Position numbers and translations under genes: made by a program. Shown here piece by piece: positions 27,335 through 39,810 of a stretch of DNA of 64,000 nucleotides. Source of the DNA: Octopus sinensis (Eukaryota); the NCBI RefSeq assembly GCF_006345805.1, contig NC_042998.1, positions 91,512,001 to 91,576,000 on the forward strand, read 5' to 3'. Below the pieces are notes generated by a model, which was not told the origin of the DNA, did no database searches, and was given only the letters and a program-made list of their open reading frames with translations. Each line of letters starts with the position of its first letter. Positions within the stretch are counted from its first letter, which is position 1.

Positions 27335-28489
27335 GATTGTCACTACAATGTCAGTGTTGCTAATGTTGTAGTGTTAATCACAAGTCTACCTTCTTGTTTG
27401 GAGAAGGCAATAAATCCCCTTTCCACCATTGTAAATGAAATAATGGATCATTTTGGCTTATGGAATGAATACCTGCCAGTTTAATAAAGAAGAGATTCCA
27501 TTGAAATTTTGTCCTAGTTAGTCAAACAGAAGTATAGCCTCAACAAATTAAACTGTTAAAAACATTAGATTTCCAAGATAAGAAGCATGTTAATATTCTT
27601 CCACAAAAGCATCAACCCACATTTATTTCAAGATCAACATTTTCAACATATATTTAATTGGTTATATATTTTATTATGCTAGTTACATTTTCATCCTAAT
27701 GATCACAGATAAACTTATGACACAGAATTCTAACTTATCTTGAGATCAGATGTTATATTTCGATTTTGTGATTATGGCATAGTGTGTATGAAATTGTATT
27801 AGATACAATTTCACCCTTGCTTTGAACATCTAAAAATTAATGTAATGTAGCTGCTGAAATGTGATTTCTTAAGACATTTTCCTGTGAACAGCATTTTAAA
27901 AATGGCGTTTATAAAAAAAAAATTATCCAAAGTTTTCATTAAATATTTTGAATTTCTGAAGAGAGAAAAGAGAAAGTAAAATAAAATATTTGAAAATACT
28001 TATTTTCAAACAATTTCTTCAATAAAATTCTTAATTTTCTAATGCTGATGTATTATTAAATCAATACATTTTATTCCCATAAAGAAAAAGTGTAGTTATT
28101 TAAATTTGATGGAGAGAAAAACCACAAAGCTACAGATGAATTTTATATAGTTTCTAAATCTGCAATATTTAAAAGTAAAAATGAAATCTGGAATAGCTAC
28201 TTTCTATACACAACAGTTAACTACTATTTTGGTAAAATGCTCATGTCACATTTGATTACTAATTTTGATTATATTGTTATATAAATATATTCTTATTTTC
28301 TGCTATGACAATAAGTAGCACTTTATTAAAGTGATTTTTAATCCTTTTGAATTTTAAACTATGTTTTTTTTTCTGTTGCAATGGCTATTTTAAGATATTT
28401 AAAATGTATTTACTTTCATAAATTATATTCTTGTTGTGCTGAATAATCCATTATATATATATATATATATGTACTTCCTTTTTCAAATA

Positions 28490-28730
28490 TGTCTTTCATG
28501 TGGCTTTTTTTTTTGTTTATTTCAGGTAAGATACCAATTTCTTTGGTGAAATTTCTGTTATCGGATGTCAAAATGAGTCTACATAATTTATTCTTCTGCA
28601 GTATCATTACTTATACATATGTGAGAAAAAATTATAGATATTCAACAGAATGTGTGTATTAAATTAAAAAAAAACTTTATTTCAAAGTCTTACCAAAATT
28701 ATAATTTAATTTTCTACATCTCAGGTATGT
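28490..28730 (+). promoter_or_regulatory. Candidate recursive splice site plus cryptic RS-exon upstream of exon A
   Basis: ttttttttttgtttatttCAG|GTAAGA at 28525/28526; second ttaattttctacatctCAG|GTATGT at 28724/28725; paralogue at 44270-44552. Confidence 0.55.
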
Positions 28731-29249
28731 AATCTTATAATTTCTATTTTCAATGATTAAAATGTGTTTTAAGGAGGTAAAGTAAAAATTGAATCATTCT
28801 TGATTTAAAATTAATTTCTTTTAATCAGTTTTTATTTTCAGATATTAACTCACATTTTTGTTTATTATTTATGAAATATATATTGGTCTGTCTTCATATT
28901 ATTTTGCCTGACAAAATTATAAAAGGCTAAGTCTGAAAGTTGTGGAATATTTAGCTTTTTTTTTAGACAATACTAAAAATAAAAGAATTGTTAAAGCCAT
29001 AATTTAGTACAAATATCACTGTTTTTTTAAAACAATTTTAGGACTTCAACAATTAATGTTTGCTGTGGTATGCACATAAAAACATACACATATTTATAAA
29101 TTAAATGCATGTATTTTTATATGTATACATACATACATACATATGCATACTTATATATATATATATATATATAATATATATACTTTTCTCTCTCTCTTTT
29201 GCTCTTTATGTATTTGTATGAATATGTATATATGTATGTATATCTCAAG

Positions 29250-29783
29250 TACTACTGGTAACATGTAACCCAGTACAAACTGTTGCATAGTCGGGTCGTC
29301 GGCGACTAAACCGGCAACCCCACCAAGCTTGCTTGGTGAGGAAGGTGTTTATTGGACACCCTACGGGATGAAAAACAAAACCCGTCAAAGAGCGGAGGAA
29401 CTCTTGAGAGTCAACAGCCATCCAATAAATGTCTTAAGGCTGTATCATGCGTGGGGACATAGAAATAATCAGACTGAATACCTGATCGCACGGTTAAACC
29501 AATGGGAGTGAAGGACTCCTAGCCTTTGTTAGGGCATCCATCTAGAAGGCAACTCAGGTAACTGGGATAACTCTGACATAAAACCTGCGGCTCAGTGGTT
29601 ACTGATGATGTTGACTTGTTCTTCTTTTCGGATTATGGCTACTGTTGCTTAGTGAGTGGGATTGACTCAGTGCACAGCCTTTCCTCACTTTAAAAAAAAA
29701 TCTTCTTGCACAGGCATTGCATGATAACAACATTGATTAAGCTTCGTGCAATGGCCATACTCAATAACGAGGGGGCAGCCACC
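29250..29783 (+). mobile_element. RTE-type 5' UTR fragment beginning with the 3' half of an HDV-like ribozyme
   Basis: CpG-rich island in AT-rich intron; GGTAACATG (29257) ... GACTAAACCGG (29304-29314); ccatctagaaggc...ataactctgacataaaacc resembles RTE 5' UTR motifs (recalled). Confidence 0.5.
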
Positions 29784-29788
29784 ATATG

Positions 29789-29825
<37 letters not shown>

Positions 29826-29920
29826 GAAATAAGTGGAAATTTTACTGGTGAGTGTGTTAAATTATAGGGCACTAAAAGAGAATGACTTTCCCCAGACACA
29901 ACAATATATATATATGGGAT

Positions 29921-30303
29921 ATGGAAGCACTCTGTCGGTTACGACGACGAGGGTTCCGGTTGATCCAATCAACGGAACAGCCTGCTCATGAAATTAACGT
30001 GTAAGTGGCTGAACACTCCACAGACACGTGTACCCTTAATGTAGTTCTCGGGGATATTCAGCGTGACACAGAGAGTGACAAGGCCGGCCCTTTGAAATAC
30101 AGGTACAAGAGAAACAGGAAGTAAGAGTGAGAGAAAGTTGTGGTGAAGAGTACAGCAGGGATCACCATCATCCCTGCCGGAGCCTCGTGGAGCTTTTAGG
30201 TGTTTTTGCTCAATAAACACTCACAACGCCCGGTCTAAGAATTGAAACCGCGATCCTACGATAGTGAGTCCGCTGCCCTAACCACTGGGCCATTGCGCCT
30301 CCA
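29921..30303 (-). mobile_element. Young tRNA-derived SINE
   Basis: Reverse complement starts gtggaggcgcaatggcccagtggttagggcagcggactc...ggtttcaattc (A/B boxes); many intact CpGs. Confidence 0.85.
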
Positions 30304-30318
30304 CACACACACACACAC

Positions 30319-30406
<88 letters not shown>

Positions 30407-30424
30407 CCTACCTCCTAGCTCCTA

Positions 30425-30650
30425 CATCTGTTGGTAACAAAGGGCCCCTCCCTCAGAGTGAAAGGCAAATTGTATGATACCTCTGTGTGAACAGCCATGC
30501 TACATGACAGTGAAACATGGGCTGTGACTGCTGAAGGGCATGTGTAGGACTGAAAGAAATGAAGCTACTATGCTTTGCTAGATGTGCAATGCCTGTCATG
30601 AACGACAGAGTGTAAGTGTCTTGAAAGAAAATTTGGACATAAGAGGCATA
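30425..30650 (+). mobile_element. RTE LINE ORF fragment
   Basis: LLVTKGPSLRVKGKLYDTSV*TAMLHDSETWAVTAE matches RTE KG.LY...V...MLYGSETW. Confidence 0.8.
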
Positions 30651-31160
30651 ATATTTGTATACAATAAATGAATTTAATACAATACTCTAACATTATTATA
30701 ATCAAAAATAATATGGCTTCTCCTTTTCTTCTGCACACAATCAATTCAAAGTATACATAAAAAAATAATCAAAAATATGATGACAAATAAAGGTAGACAA
30801 TCGCAGTTTAGTTACCAGGGAAGAAGACATCTGAGGATGACTTCTGGTTTAATTGCATTGAAATTATGATGCATAAACCCTTCTAGACACTGTATGAGAC
30901 TAATTTAAACATATGCAAAATAAAATACTAGATACAGACACACAAAAGAAATTACAGTTATAATGTAAATAATTTATTTTCTCAGAAAACAATGGAAGAA
31001 ATAATGGATTTTTTTTCAATTGTTTCTTGTAAAATAATTATTTGCTTTTCATTTGAGACCAAATAATTATTTTGTTTTCAGGCATTATAAATAAATATGG
31101 AGACTAGATACTAAAGATGTTTTGAGAATATTTTCTTAAAAATTATTTAATTTATATTAG

Positions 31161-34100
31161 GTGATTTGCCAGTTTATACAGAAATAAAAGAGAGAGTGGA
31201 AGAACAGGAAAAGACCAAAGATATACCAGGAGTAGTATTACAAAAGGCTTCAGTAATAGATGAAATTTCACATCCATTTGAAATAACTAAAGGTGTAAAT
31301 ATGGATTTATCTTTCCAAATAACTTCTAAAGAAGTGGAATATTCTCCAGAGGAGATTGAAGTAGTCCAAGATACTGTGAAACAGAAGGCTATTGAAATAG
31401 ATATAGGAAAACCACATGAAGTTTATGTCACTCAAAGAGAACAAATAACAATTGAACCAATTAGTAAAGAATTGACACAAGTTGATATCAAACCTGAAAC
31501 TAAAGAGGAAGTTTCTATTCAACTTGACGTTGGAGAGAAACCTGTTGAGAAAACAGAAGTTATATCTATTGATATTGGTAAACCTGAGAAACCAGTCAGT
31601 GAAATTGAAGTGCAAGTTGCACCTCATGTACCTGAGATAATTTCTATACAAAAAGAACAGATAACTACAGATAAAAGGGAAATTTTAATTAGCAAAGAAG
31701 AAACTGAAGTTATTCCAGAAATTTCTACAGTTGATATTGTGCAAGAAAGTACAGTTCAAATGGAAGCTAAAGAAATGGAAATTAAAGAGAAGAAACCACA
31801 ACTTACTGATATTACAACAATTTCTACTGCTGTAATGAAGGAAAAACAACCAGAAGAAGAAGTGAAACCTGTTTCTGAAATTCAACCAACAGATGTATCT
31901 GAGATGGTAATACCAGAGGAAGTTGAAACTGCTAAAGTTACCTCAATTATAACTACAAGCACTGAGGAAAGGAAGACCAAGATTTCTCCAGAGAAAATTA
32001 GTGATATTCCTGTGGAAATGGTATTATCAATTGACTCTAAGAAAGTCACATCTGAAGATCAGGTACCAATGGTTATAAAGACTGAACAGACATATACAAC
32101 AGGTGAAGAAGAGGTGGAGAAAGAAATTACAGTGCAGACATTGGAAATGCCATTACAAGACACAGTAACTGTAAAACCAGTGGAAGAAACTGGTATTCAA
32201 ATTTCTGTGAGTTCTACAAAAGCATCTGCTATTGAAGAAGCTCCTGTTGAAGATGTAACTGAGAAGGTTGTTGAAATCAGCAAGGAAAGTGAAATGAATC
32301 CTGTGAGTAAAGAAGTGAAAGATATCTCTGAAATGACCATTATAAGTGCTCCATCAGTAAGTGTTGTGAGTACAGCTGAAGAAGAACTTTCTGAAGAAGA
32401 ATTCTTTGATATTCCATCAACTGAAGAAAAGAAAGTGGAACCTAAAGAGGTTTCTGATGAGGAAAAAGACACATTAGTTAGTGTACGTGATGAGATTCGC
32501 ACAGCAGAAGATGTGCTAGTTGATGCTATTGAACATATCACTGATATAGAGAAAGAACATGTAGAGATACCTATGTCTGCAGCTGTTGTTAGCACTGATC
32601 TTCAAGAGATTACAATTAAAAAGACAATTCCTACTGAAATTGTACATGAGCAAGTAGTTTCAAAGGAACCTGTTGAAAAGACAGAAGTTCATATTAAACC
32701 AGAAACTAAAGAGGAAGTTTCCATTCAACTTGATATTGGTACTAATCCTGTTGAGAAATCAGAAGTTATATCCATTGATATTGGTAAACAAGAAAACCCA
32801 GTCAGTGAAATTGAAATGCAAGTGGCACCTCAAATACCTGAGATAATTTCTATACAAAAAGAACAGATATCTAGAGATAAGAGGGAAATTTTAATTAGCA
32901 AAGAAGAAACTGAAGTTATTCCAGTAATTTCTACATTTGATATTGTGCCAGAAAGTACAATTCAGATCGAAGCTAAAGAAATGGAAATTAAAGAGAAGAA
33001 ACCACAAATTACTGATATTACTACAATTTCAACGACTGTATTGAAGGAGAAACAACCAGAAGAAGAAGTGAAACCTATTTCTGAAATTCAACCAACAGAT
33101 GTATCTGAGACGGTAATACCAGAGGAAGTTGAAACTGCTAAAGTTACCTCAATTATAACTACAAGCACTGAGGAACGGAAGACCAAGATTTCTCCAGAGA
33201 AAATTAGTGATATTCCTGTGGAAATGGTATTATCAATTGACTCTAAGAAAGTCACATCTGAAGATCAGGTACCAATGGTTATAAAGACTGAAAAGACATA
33301 TACAACAGGTGAAAAAGAGGTGGAGAAAGAAATTACAGTGCAGACATTGGAAATGCCATTACAAGACACAGTAACTGTAAAACCAGTGGAAGAAACCGGT
33401 ATTCAAATTTCTATGAGTTCTACAAAAGCATCTACTATTGAAGAAGCTCCCATTGAAGATGTAACTGAGAAGGTTGTTGAAATCAGCAAGGAAAGTGAAA
33501 TGAATCCTGTGAGTAAAGAAGTGAAAGCTATCTCTGAAATGACGTTATAAGTGCTCCATCAGTAAGTGTTGTGAGTACAGCTGAAGAAGAACTTTCTGAA
33601 GAAGAATTCTTTGATATTCCATCAACTGAAGAAAAGAAAGTGGAACCTAAAGAAGTTTCTGATGAGGAAAAAGCCACATCAGTTAGTGTACGTGATGAGA
33701 TTCGCACAGCAGAAGATGTGTTAGTTGATGCTATTGAACATATCACTGATATAGAGAAAGAACATGTAGAGATACCTGTGTCTGCACCTGTTGTTAGCAC
33801 TGATCTTCAAGAGATTACAATTAAAGAGACAATTCCTACTGAAATTGTACATGAAGAAGTAGTTTCAAAGGAACCTGTTGAGAAGAGAGAAGTAGAAATT
33901 AAACCTGAAACTATAGAGGAAATGTCTATTCAACTTGAAATTGGTGCTAAGCCTGTTGAGAAAACAGAAGTTGTATCCATTGATATTGGTAAACCAGAAA
34001 AAGTTGTCACTGAAATTAAAAAGACAGAGGTTGATATTAAACCAGAAGCTAAAGAGGAAATGTCTATTCAACTTGACATTGGTGCTAACCCTGTTGAGAA

Positions 34101-37100
34101 AACAGAAGTTGTATCCATTGATATTGGTAAACCAGAAAAAGTTGTCACTGAAATTAAAAAGACAGAGGTTGATATTAAACCAGAAGCTAAAGAGGAAATG
34201 TATATTCAACTTGACATTGGTGCTAACCCTGTTGAGAAAACAGAAGTTGTATCCATTGATATTGGTAAACCAGAAAAAGTTGTCACTGAAATTAAAAAGA
34301 CAGAGGTTGATATTAAACCAGAAGCTAAAGAGGAAATGTCTATTCAACTTGACATTGGTGCTAACCCTGTTGAGAAAACAGAAGTTGTATCCATTGATAT
34401 TGGTAAACCAGAAAAAGTTGTCACTGAAATTAAAAAGACAGAGGTTGATATTAAACCTGAAACTAAAGAGGAAGTCTCTATCCAACTTGACATTGGTGCT
34501 AAACCTGTTGAGAAAACAGAGGTCATCTCCATTGATGTTGGGAAACCAGAAAAAGTGGTAACTAAAATTGAAAAAACAGAGGTTGATATTAAACCAGAAT
34601 CTAAAGAGGAAGTGGCTATCCAACTTGATATTGGTGCTAACCCTGTTGAGAAAAGAGAAGTCATGTCTATTGATGTTGGTAAACGTGAGATACCAGTCGG
34701 TGAAATCGAAATGCAAGTGGCACCTCAAGTACCTGAAGTTATTTCTATACAAAAAGAACAGATAACTACAGATAAGAAGGAAATTTTAATTAGCAAAGAA
34801 GAAACTGAAGTTATTCCAGAAATTTCTACAGTTGATATTGTGCAAGAAAGTACAGTTCAAATGGAAGCTAAAGAAATGGAAATTAAAGAGAAGAAACCAC
34901 AAATTACTGATATTACAACAATTTCTACTGCTGTAATGAAGGAAAAACAACCAGAAGAAGAAGTGAAACCTGTTTCTGAAATTCAACCAACTGATGTATC
35001 TGAGACGGTAATACCAGAGGAAGTTGAAACTGCTAAAGTTACCTCAATTATAACTACAAGCACTGAGGAACGAAAGACTAAGATTTCTCCAGAGAAAATT
35101 AGTGATATTCCTGTGGAAATGGTTGTATCAATTGACTCTAAGGAAGTCACATCTGAAGATCAGGTACCAATGGTTATAAAGACTGAACAGACATATACAA
35201 CAGGTGAAGAAGAGGTGGAGAAAGAAATTACAGTGCAGACATTGGAAATGCCATTACAAGACACAGTAACTGTAAAACCAGTGGAAGAAACCGGTATTCA
35301 AATTTCTGTGAGTTCTACAAAAGCATCTGCTATTGAAGAAGCTCCCGTTGAAGATGTTACTGATAAGGTTGTTGAAATCAGCAAGGAAAGTGAAATGAAT
35401 CCTGTGAGTAAAGAAGTGAAAGATATCTCTGAAATGACCATTATAAGTGCTCCATCAGTAAGTGTTGTGAGTACAGCTGAAGAAGAACTTTCTGAAGAAG
35501 AATTCTTTGATATTCCATCAACTGAAGAAAAGAAAGTGGAACCTAAAGAAGTTTCTGATGAGGAAAAAGACACATCAGTTAGTGTACGTGATGAGATTCG
35601 CACAGCAGAAGATGTGCTAGTTGATGCTATTGAACATATCACTGATATAGAGAAAGAACATGTAGAGATACCTATGTCTGCACCTGTTGTTAGCACTGAT
35701 CTTCAAGAGATTACAATTAAAGAGACAATTCCTACTGAAATTGTACATGAAGAAGCAGTTTCAATGGAACCTGTTGAGAAGGCAGGAGTAGAAATTAAAC
35801 CAGAAACTAAAGAGGAAATGTCTATTCAACTTGACGTTGGTGCTAACCCTGTTGAGAAAACAGAAGTTGTATCCATTAATATTGGTAAACCAGAAAAAGT
35901 TGTCACTGAAATTAAAAAGACAGAGGTTGATATTAAACCTGAAACTAAAGAGGAAGTCTCTATTCAATTTGACATTGGTGCTAAACCTGTTGAGAAAACA
36001 GAAGTTATATCTATTGATATTGGTAAACCTGAGAAACCAGTCAGTGAAATTGAAATGCAAGTGGCACCTCAATTACCTGAAGTTGTTTCTATACAAAAAG
36101 AACAGATAACTATTGATAAGAAGGAAATTATCATTAGCAAAGAAGAAACCGAAGTTATTCCAGAAATGTCTACAGTTGATATTGTGCAAGAAAGTACAAT
36201 TCAAATGGAAGCTAAAGAAATGGAAATTAAAGAGAAGAAACCACAACTTACTGATATTACAGCAATTTCTACTGCTGTAATGAAGGAAAAACAACCAGAA
36301 GAAGAAGTGAAACCTGTTTCTGAAATTCAACCAATAGATGTATCTGAGACGGTAATACCAGAGAAAGTTGAAACTGCTAAAGTTACTTCAATTATAACTA
36401 CAAGCACTGAGGAAAGGAAGACCAAGATTTCTCCAGAGAAAATTAGTGATATTCCTGTGGAAATGGTATTATCAATTGACTCTAAGAAAGTCACATCTGA
36501 AGATCAGTTACCAATGGTTATAAAGACTGAACAGACATATACAACAGGTGAAGAGGAGGTAGAGAAAGAAATCACAGTGCAGACATTGGAAATGCCATTA
36601 CAAGACACAGTAACTGTAAAACCAGTGGAAGAAACTGGTATTCAAATTTCTGTGAGTTCTACAAAAGCATCTGCTATTGAAGAAGCCCCGTTGAAGATGT
36701 TACTGATATGGTTGTCGAAATCAGCAAGGAAAGTGAAATGAATCCTGTGAGTAAAGAAGTGAAAGATATCTCTGAAATGACCATTATAAGTGCTCCATCA
36801 GTAAGTGTTGTGAGTACAGCTGAAGAAGAACTTTCTGAAGAAGAATTCTTTGATATTCCATCAACTGAAGAAAAGAAAGTGGAACCTAAAGAGGTTTCTG
36901 ATGAAGAAAAAGACACATCAGTTAGTGTACGTGATGAGATTCGCACAGCAGAAGATGTGTTAGTTGATGCTATTGAACATATCACTGATATAGAAAAAGA
37001 ACATGTAGAGATACCTGTGTCTGCACCTGTTGTTAGCACTGATCTTCAAGAGATTACAATTAAAGAGACAATTCCTACTGAAATTGTACATGAGCAAGTA

Positions 37101-39282
37101 ATTTCAGAGGAACCTGTTGAGAAGACTGAAGTAGAAATTAAACCAGAAATGAAAGAGGAAATGTCTATTCAACTTGAAATTGGTGCTAAGCCTGTTGAGA
37201 AAACAGAAGTTGTATCCATTGATATTGGTAAACCAGAAAAAGTTGTCACTGAAATTAAAAAGACAGAGGTTGATATTAAACCTGAAACTAAAGAGGAAGT
37301 CTCTATCCAACTTGACATTGGTGCTAAACCTGTTGAGAAAACAGAGGTCATCTCCATTGATGTTGGGAAACCAGAAAAAGTGGTAACTAAAATTGAAAAG
37401 ACAGAGGTTGATATTAAACCTGAAACTAAAGAGGAAGTTTCTATTCAACTTGACATTGGAGAGAAACCTGTTGAGAAAACAGAAGTTATATCTATTGATA
37501 TTGGTAAACCTGAGAAACCAGTCAGTGAAATTGAAGTGGAAGTTGCACCTCATGTACCTGAGATAATTTCTATACAAAAAGAACAGATAATTTCAGATAA
37601 AAGGGAAATTTTAATTAGCAAAGAAGAAACTGAAGTTATTCCAGAAATTTCTACAGTTGATATTGTGCAAGAAAGTACAGTTCAAATGGAAGCTAAAGAA
37701 ATGGAAATTAAAGAGAAGAAACCGCAAATTACTGATATTACAACAATTTCTACTGCTGTAATGAAGGAAAAACAACCAGAAGAAGAAGTGAAACCTGTTT
37801 CTGAAGTTCAACCAACAGATGTATCTGAGACGGTAATACCAGAGGAAGTTGAAACTGCTAAAGTTACCTCAATTATAACTACAAGCACTGAGGAAAGGAA
37901 GACCAAGATTTCTCCAGAGAAAATTAGTGATATTCCTGTGGAAATGGTATTATCAATTGACTCTAAGAAAGTCACATCTGAAGATCAGTTACCAATGGTT
38001 ATAAAGACTGAACAGACATATACAACAGGTGAAGAAGAGGTAGAGAAAGAAATTACAGTGCAGACATTGGAAATGCCATTACAAGACACAGTAACTGTAA
38101 AACCAGTGGAAGAAACTGGTATTCAGATTTCTGTGAGTTCTACAAAAGCATCTGCTATTGAAGAAGCCCCTGTTGAAGATGTAACTGATATGGTAGTCGA
38201 AATCAGCAAGGAAAGTGAAATGAATCCTGTGAGTAAAGAAGTGAAAGATATCTCTGAAATGACCATTATAAGTGCTCCATCAGTAAGTGTTGTGAGTACA
38301 GCTGAAGAAGAACTTTCTGAAGAAGAATTCTTTGATATTCCATCAACTGAAGAAAAGAAAGTGGAACCTAAAGAGGTTTCTGATGAGGAAAAAGACACAT
38401 CAGTTAGTGTACGTGATGAGATTCGCACAGCAGAAGATGTGTTAGTTGATGCTATTGAACATATCACTGATATAGAGAAAGAACATGTAGAGATACCTGT
38501 GTCTGCAGCTGTTATTAGCACTGATCTTCAAGAGATTACAGTTAAAGAGACAATTCCTACTGAAATTGTACATGAAGAAGTCGTTTCAAAGGAACCTGTT
38601 GAGAAGATAGAAGTAGAAATTAAACCAGAAATTAAAGAGGAAATGTCTATTCAACTTGAAATTGGTGCTAAGCCTGTTGAGAAAACAGAAGTTGTATCCA
38701 TTGATATTGGTAAACCAGAAAAAGTTGTCACTGAAATTAAAAAGACAGAGGTTGATATTAAACCTGAAACTAAAGAGGAAGTCTCAATCCAACTTGACAT
38801 TGGTGATAAACCTGTTGAGAAAACAGAGGTCATCTCCATTGATGTTGGGAAACCAGAAAAAGTTGTCACTGAAATTGAAAAGACTGAGGTTGAAATTATA
38901 CCAGAAAGTAAAGAAGAAGTCTCTATCCAACTTGACGTTGGTGCTAAACCTGTTGAGAAAATAGAAGTTATCTCCATTGATATTGGTAAACCTGAGAAAC
39001 CAGTGAGTGAAATTGAAATGCATTTTGCACCTCAAGTCCCTGAGGTTATTTCTCTAGAAAAAGAAGCAATAACTACTGATGAGAAGGAAATTATCATTAG
39101 CCATGAAGAAATCGAAGTTACTCCAGAAATGTCTATAGTTGATATTGTGCCAGAAAGTACAGTCCCTGTTGAAGTCAAAGATTTGGAAATTAAAGAGAAA
39201 GAATCACCATTTACTGAGCTTAAATTGAGCATTCCTGGTCCTGACACATTTGAATCATTGAAAGAAGGTGTTGAAGACATAG
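31161..39282 (+). CDS. Giant internal exon A (about 2700 aa), PEVK-like repeat region of a giant cytoskeletal protein (titin-like; identity unresolved)
   Basis: Acceptor tttatattag at 31160 and donor ATAG|gtatct at 39282/39283, both phase 1. ORFs 31166-33550, 33571-36741 and 36708-39344 step through frames by -1 at single-base losses (about 33544 and 36690). Restoring 2 nt gives 8124 nt, which is 2708 codons. Confidence 0.85.
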
Positions 39283-39608
39283 GTATCTTGTGGATCCTCA
39301 TGCAGGATTTATTACGTGCTTCTGCACTCACTGCCGCCGCTTGACTTTACACAAGCATCAATATCTGTAGCTTACCAATGCCTCAATAGCATGCTGTTCA
39401 ATGTCTATTACCATGTCTTTAACTACTGTATTTGCTTATATGTCTCTTTCAGCTCAATAATTTGTCAGTAGTTTTGTTGGGTCTTTGTTGTATTTGAAAA
39501 TATTGTCCATATATGGAAAAAAAAATTGCTTTCCTTGTATTATTATGTAGTGCATGTAGCTTTGCCTACAATGATCTTAGGTGACATAAAATTGATTGTC
39601 TGTCCCTT

Positions 39609-39810
39609 TCTTTGTATCTTCCCCTTTTATATAGTCTTCATGTCACTGTGATTTCCATTTTGTCTTTCATGATTATTTTTATATGAGTTCAAGTTTCTTT
39701 GTTTCTCTAAATTTGTCTATATCTTCTTTACTCTTCTCGTTATCTTTTGTCTTTTCTGTCTCTTATCTTTCATTTCTTTTCCTGTCCGATTCTCTTCTGA
39801 TTCTCTTCTT
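39609..39810 (+). promoter_or_regulatory. CU-rich intronic tract with 16 TCTT motifs downstream of exon A (possible splicing regulatory element)
   Basis: Counted directly from the sequence; function inferred only. Confidence 0.3.

Noticed and set aside
28526-28724. Ordinary coding exon between the two AG|GT sites (and 44305-44546)
   Set aside because: Lengths of 199 and 242 nt do not preserve frame, both have in-frame stops, and the paralogues differ by indels. Kept only as cryptic or poison RS-exon candidates.
31900-32020. SxIP/TxIP EB-binding motifs (SDIP, TVIP) in the macro-unit
   Set aside because: Functional SxIP needs a basic context; these are strongly acidic.
33540-36745. Pseudogenisation or programmed frameshifting of exon A
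   Set aside because: Both breaks are single-base losses in C runs where sister repeats are intact, with no slippery site or stimulatory structure; assembly error is more parsimonious.
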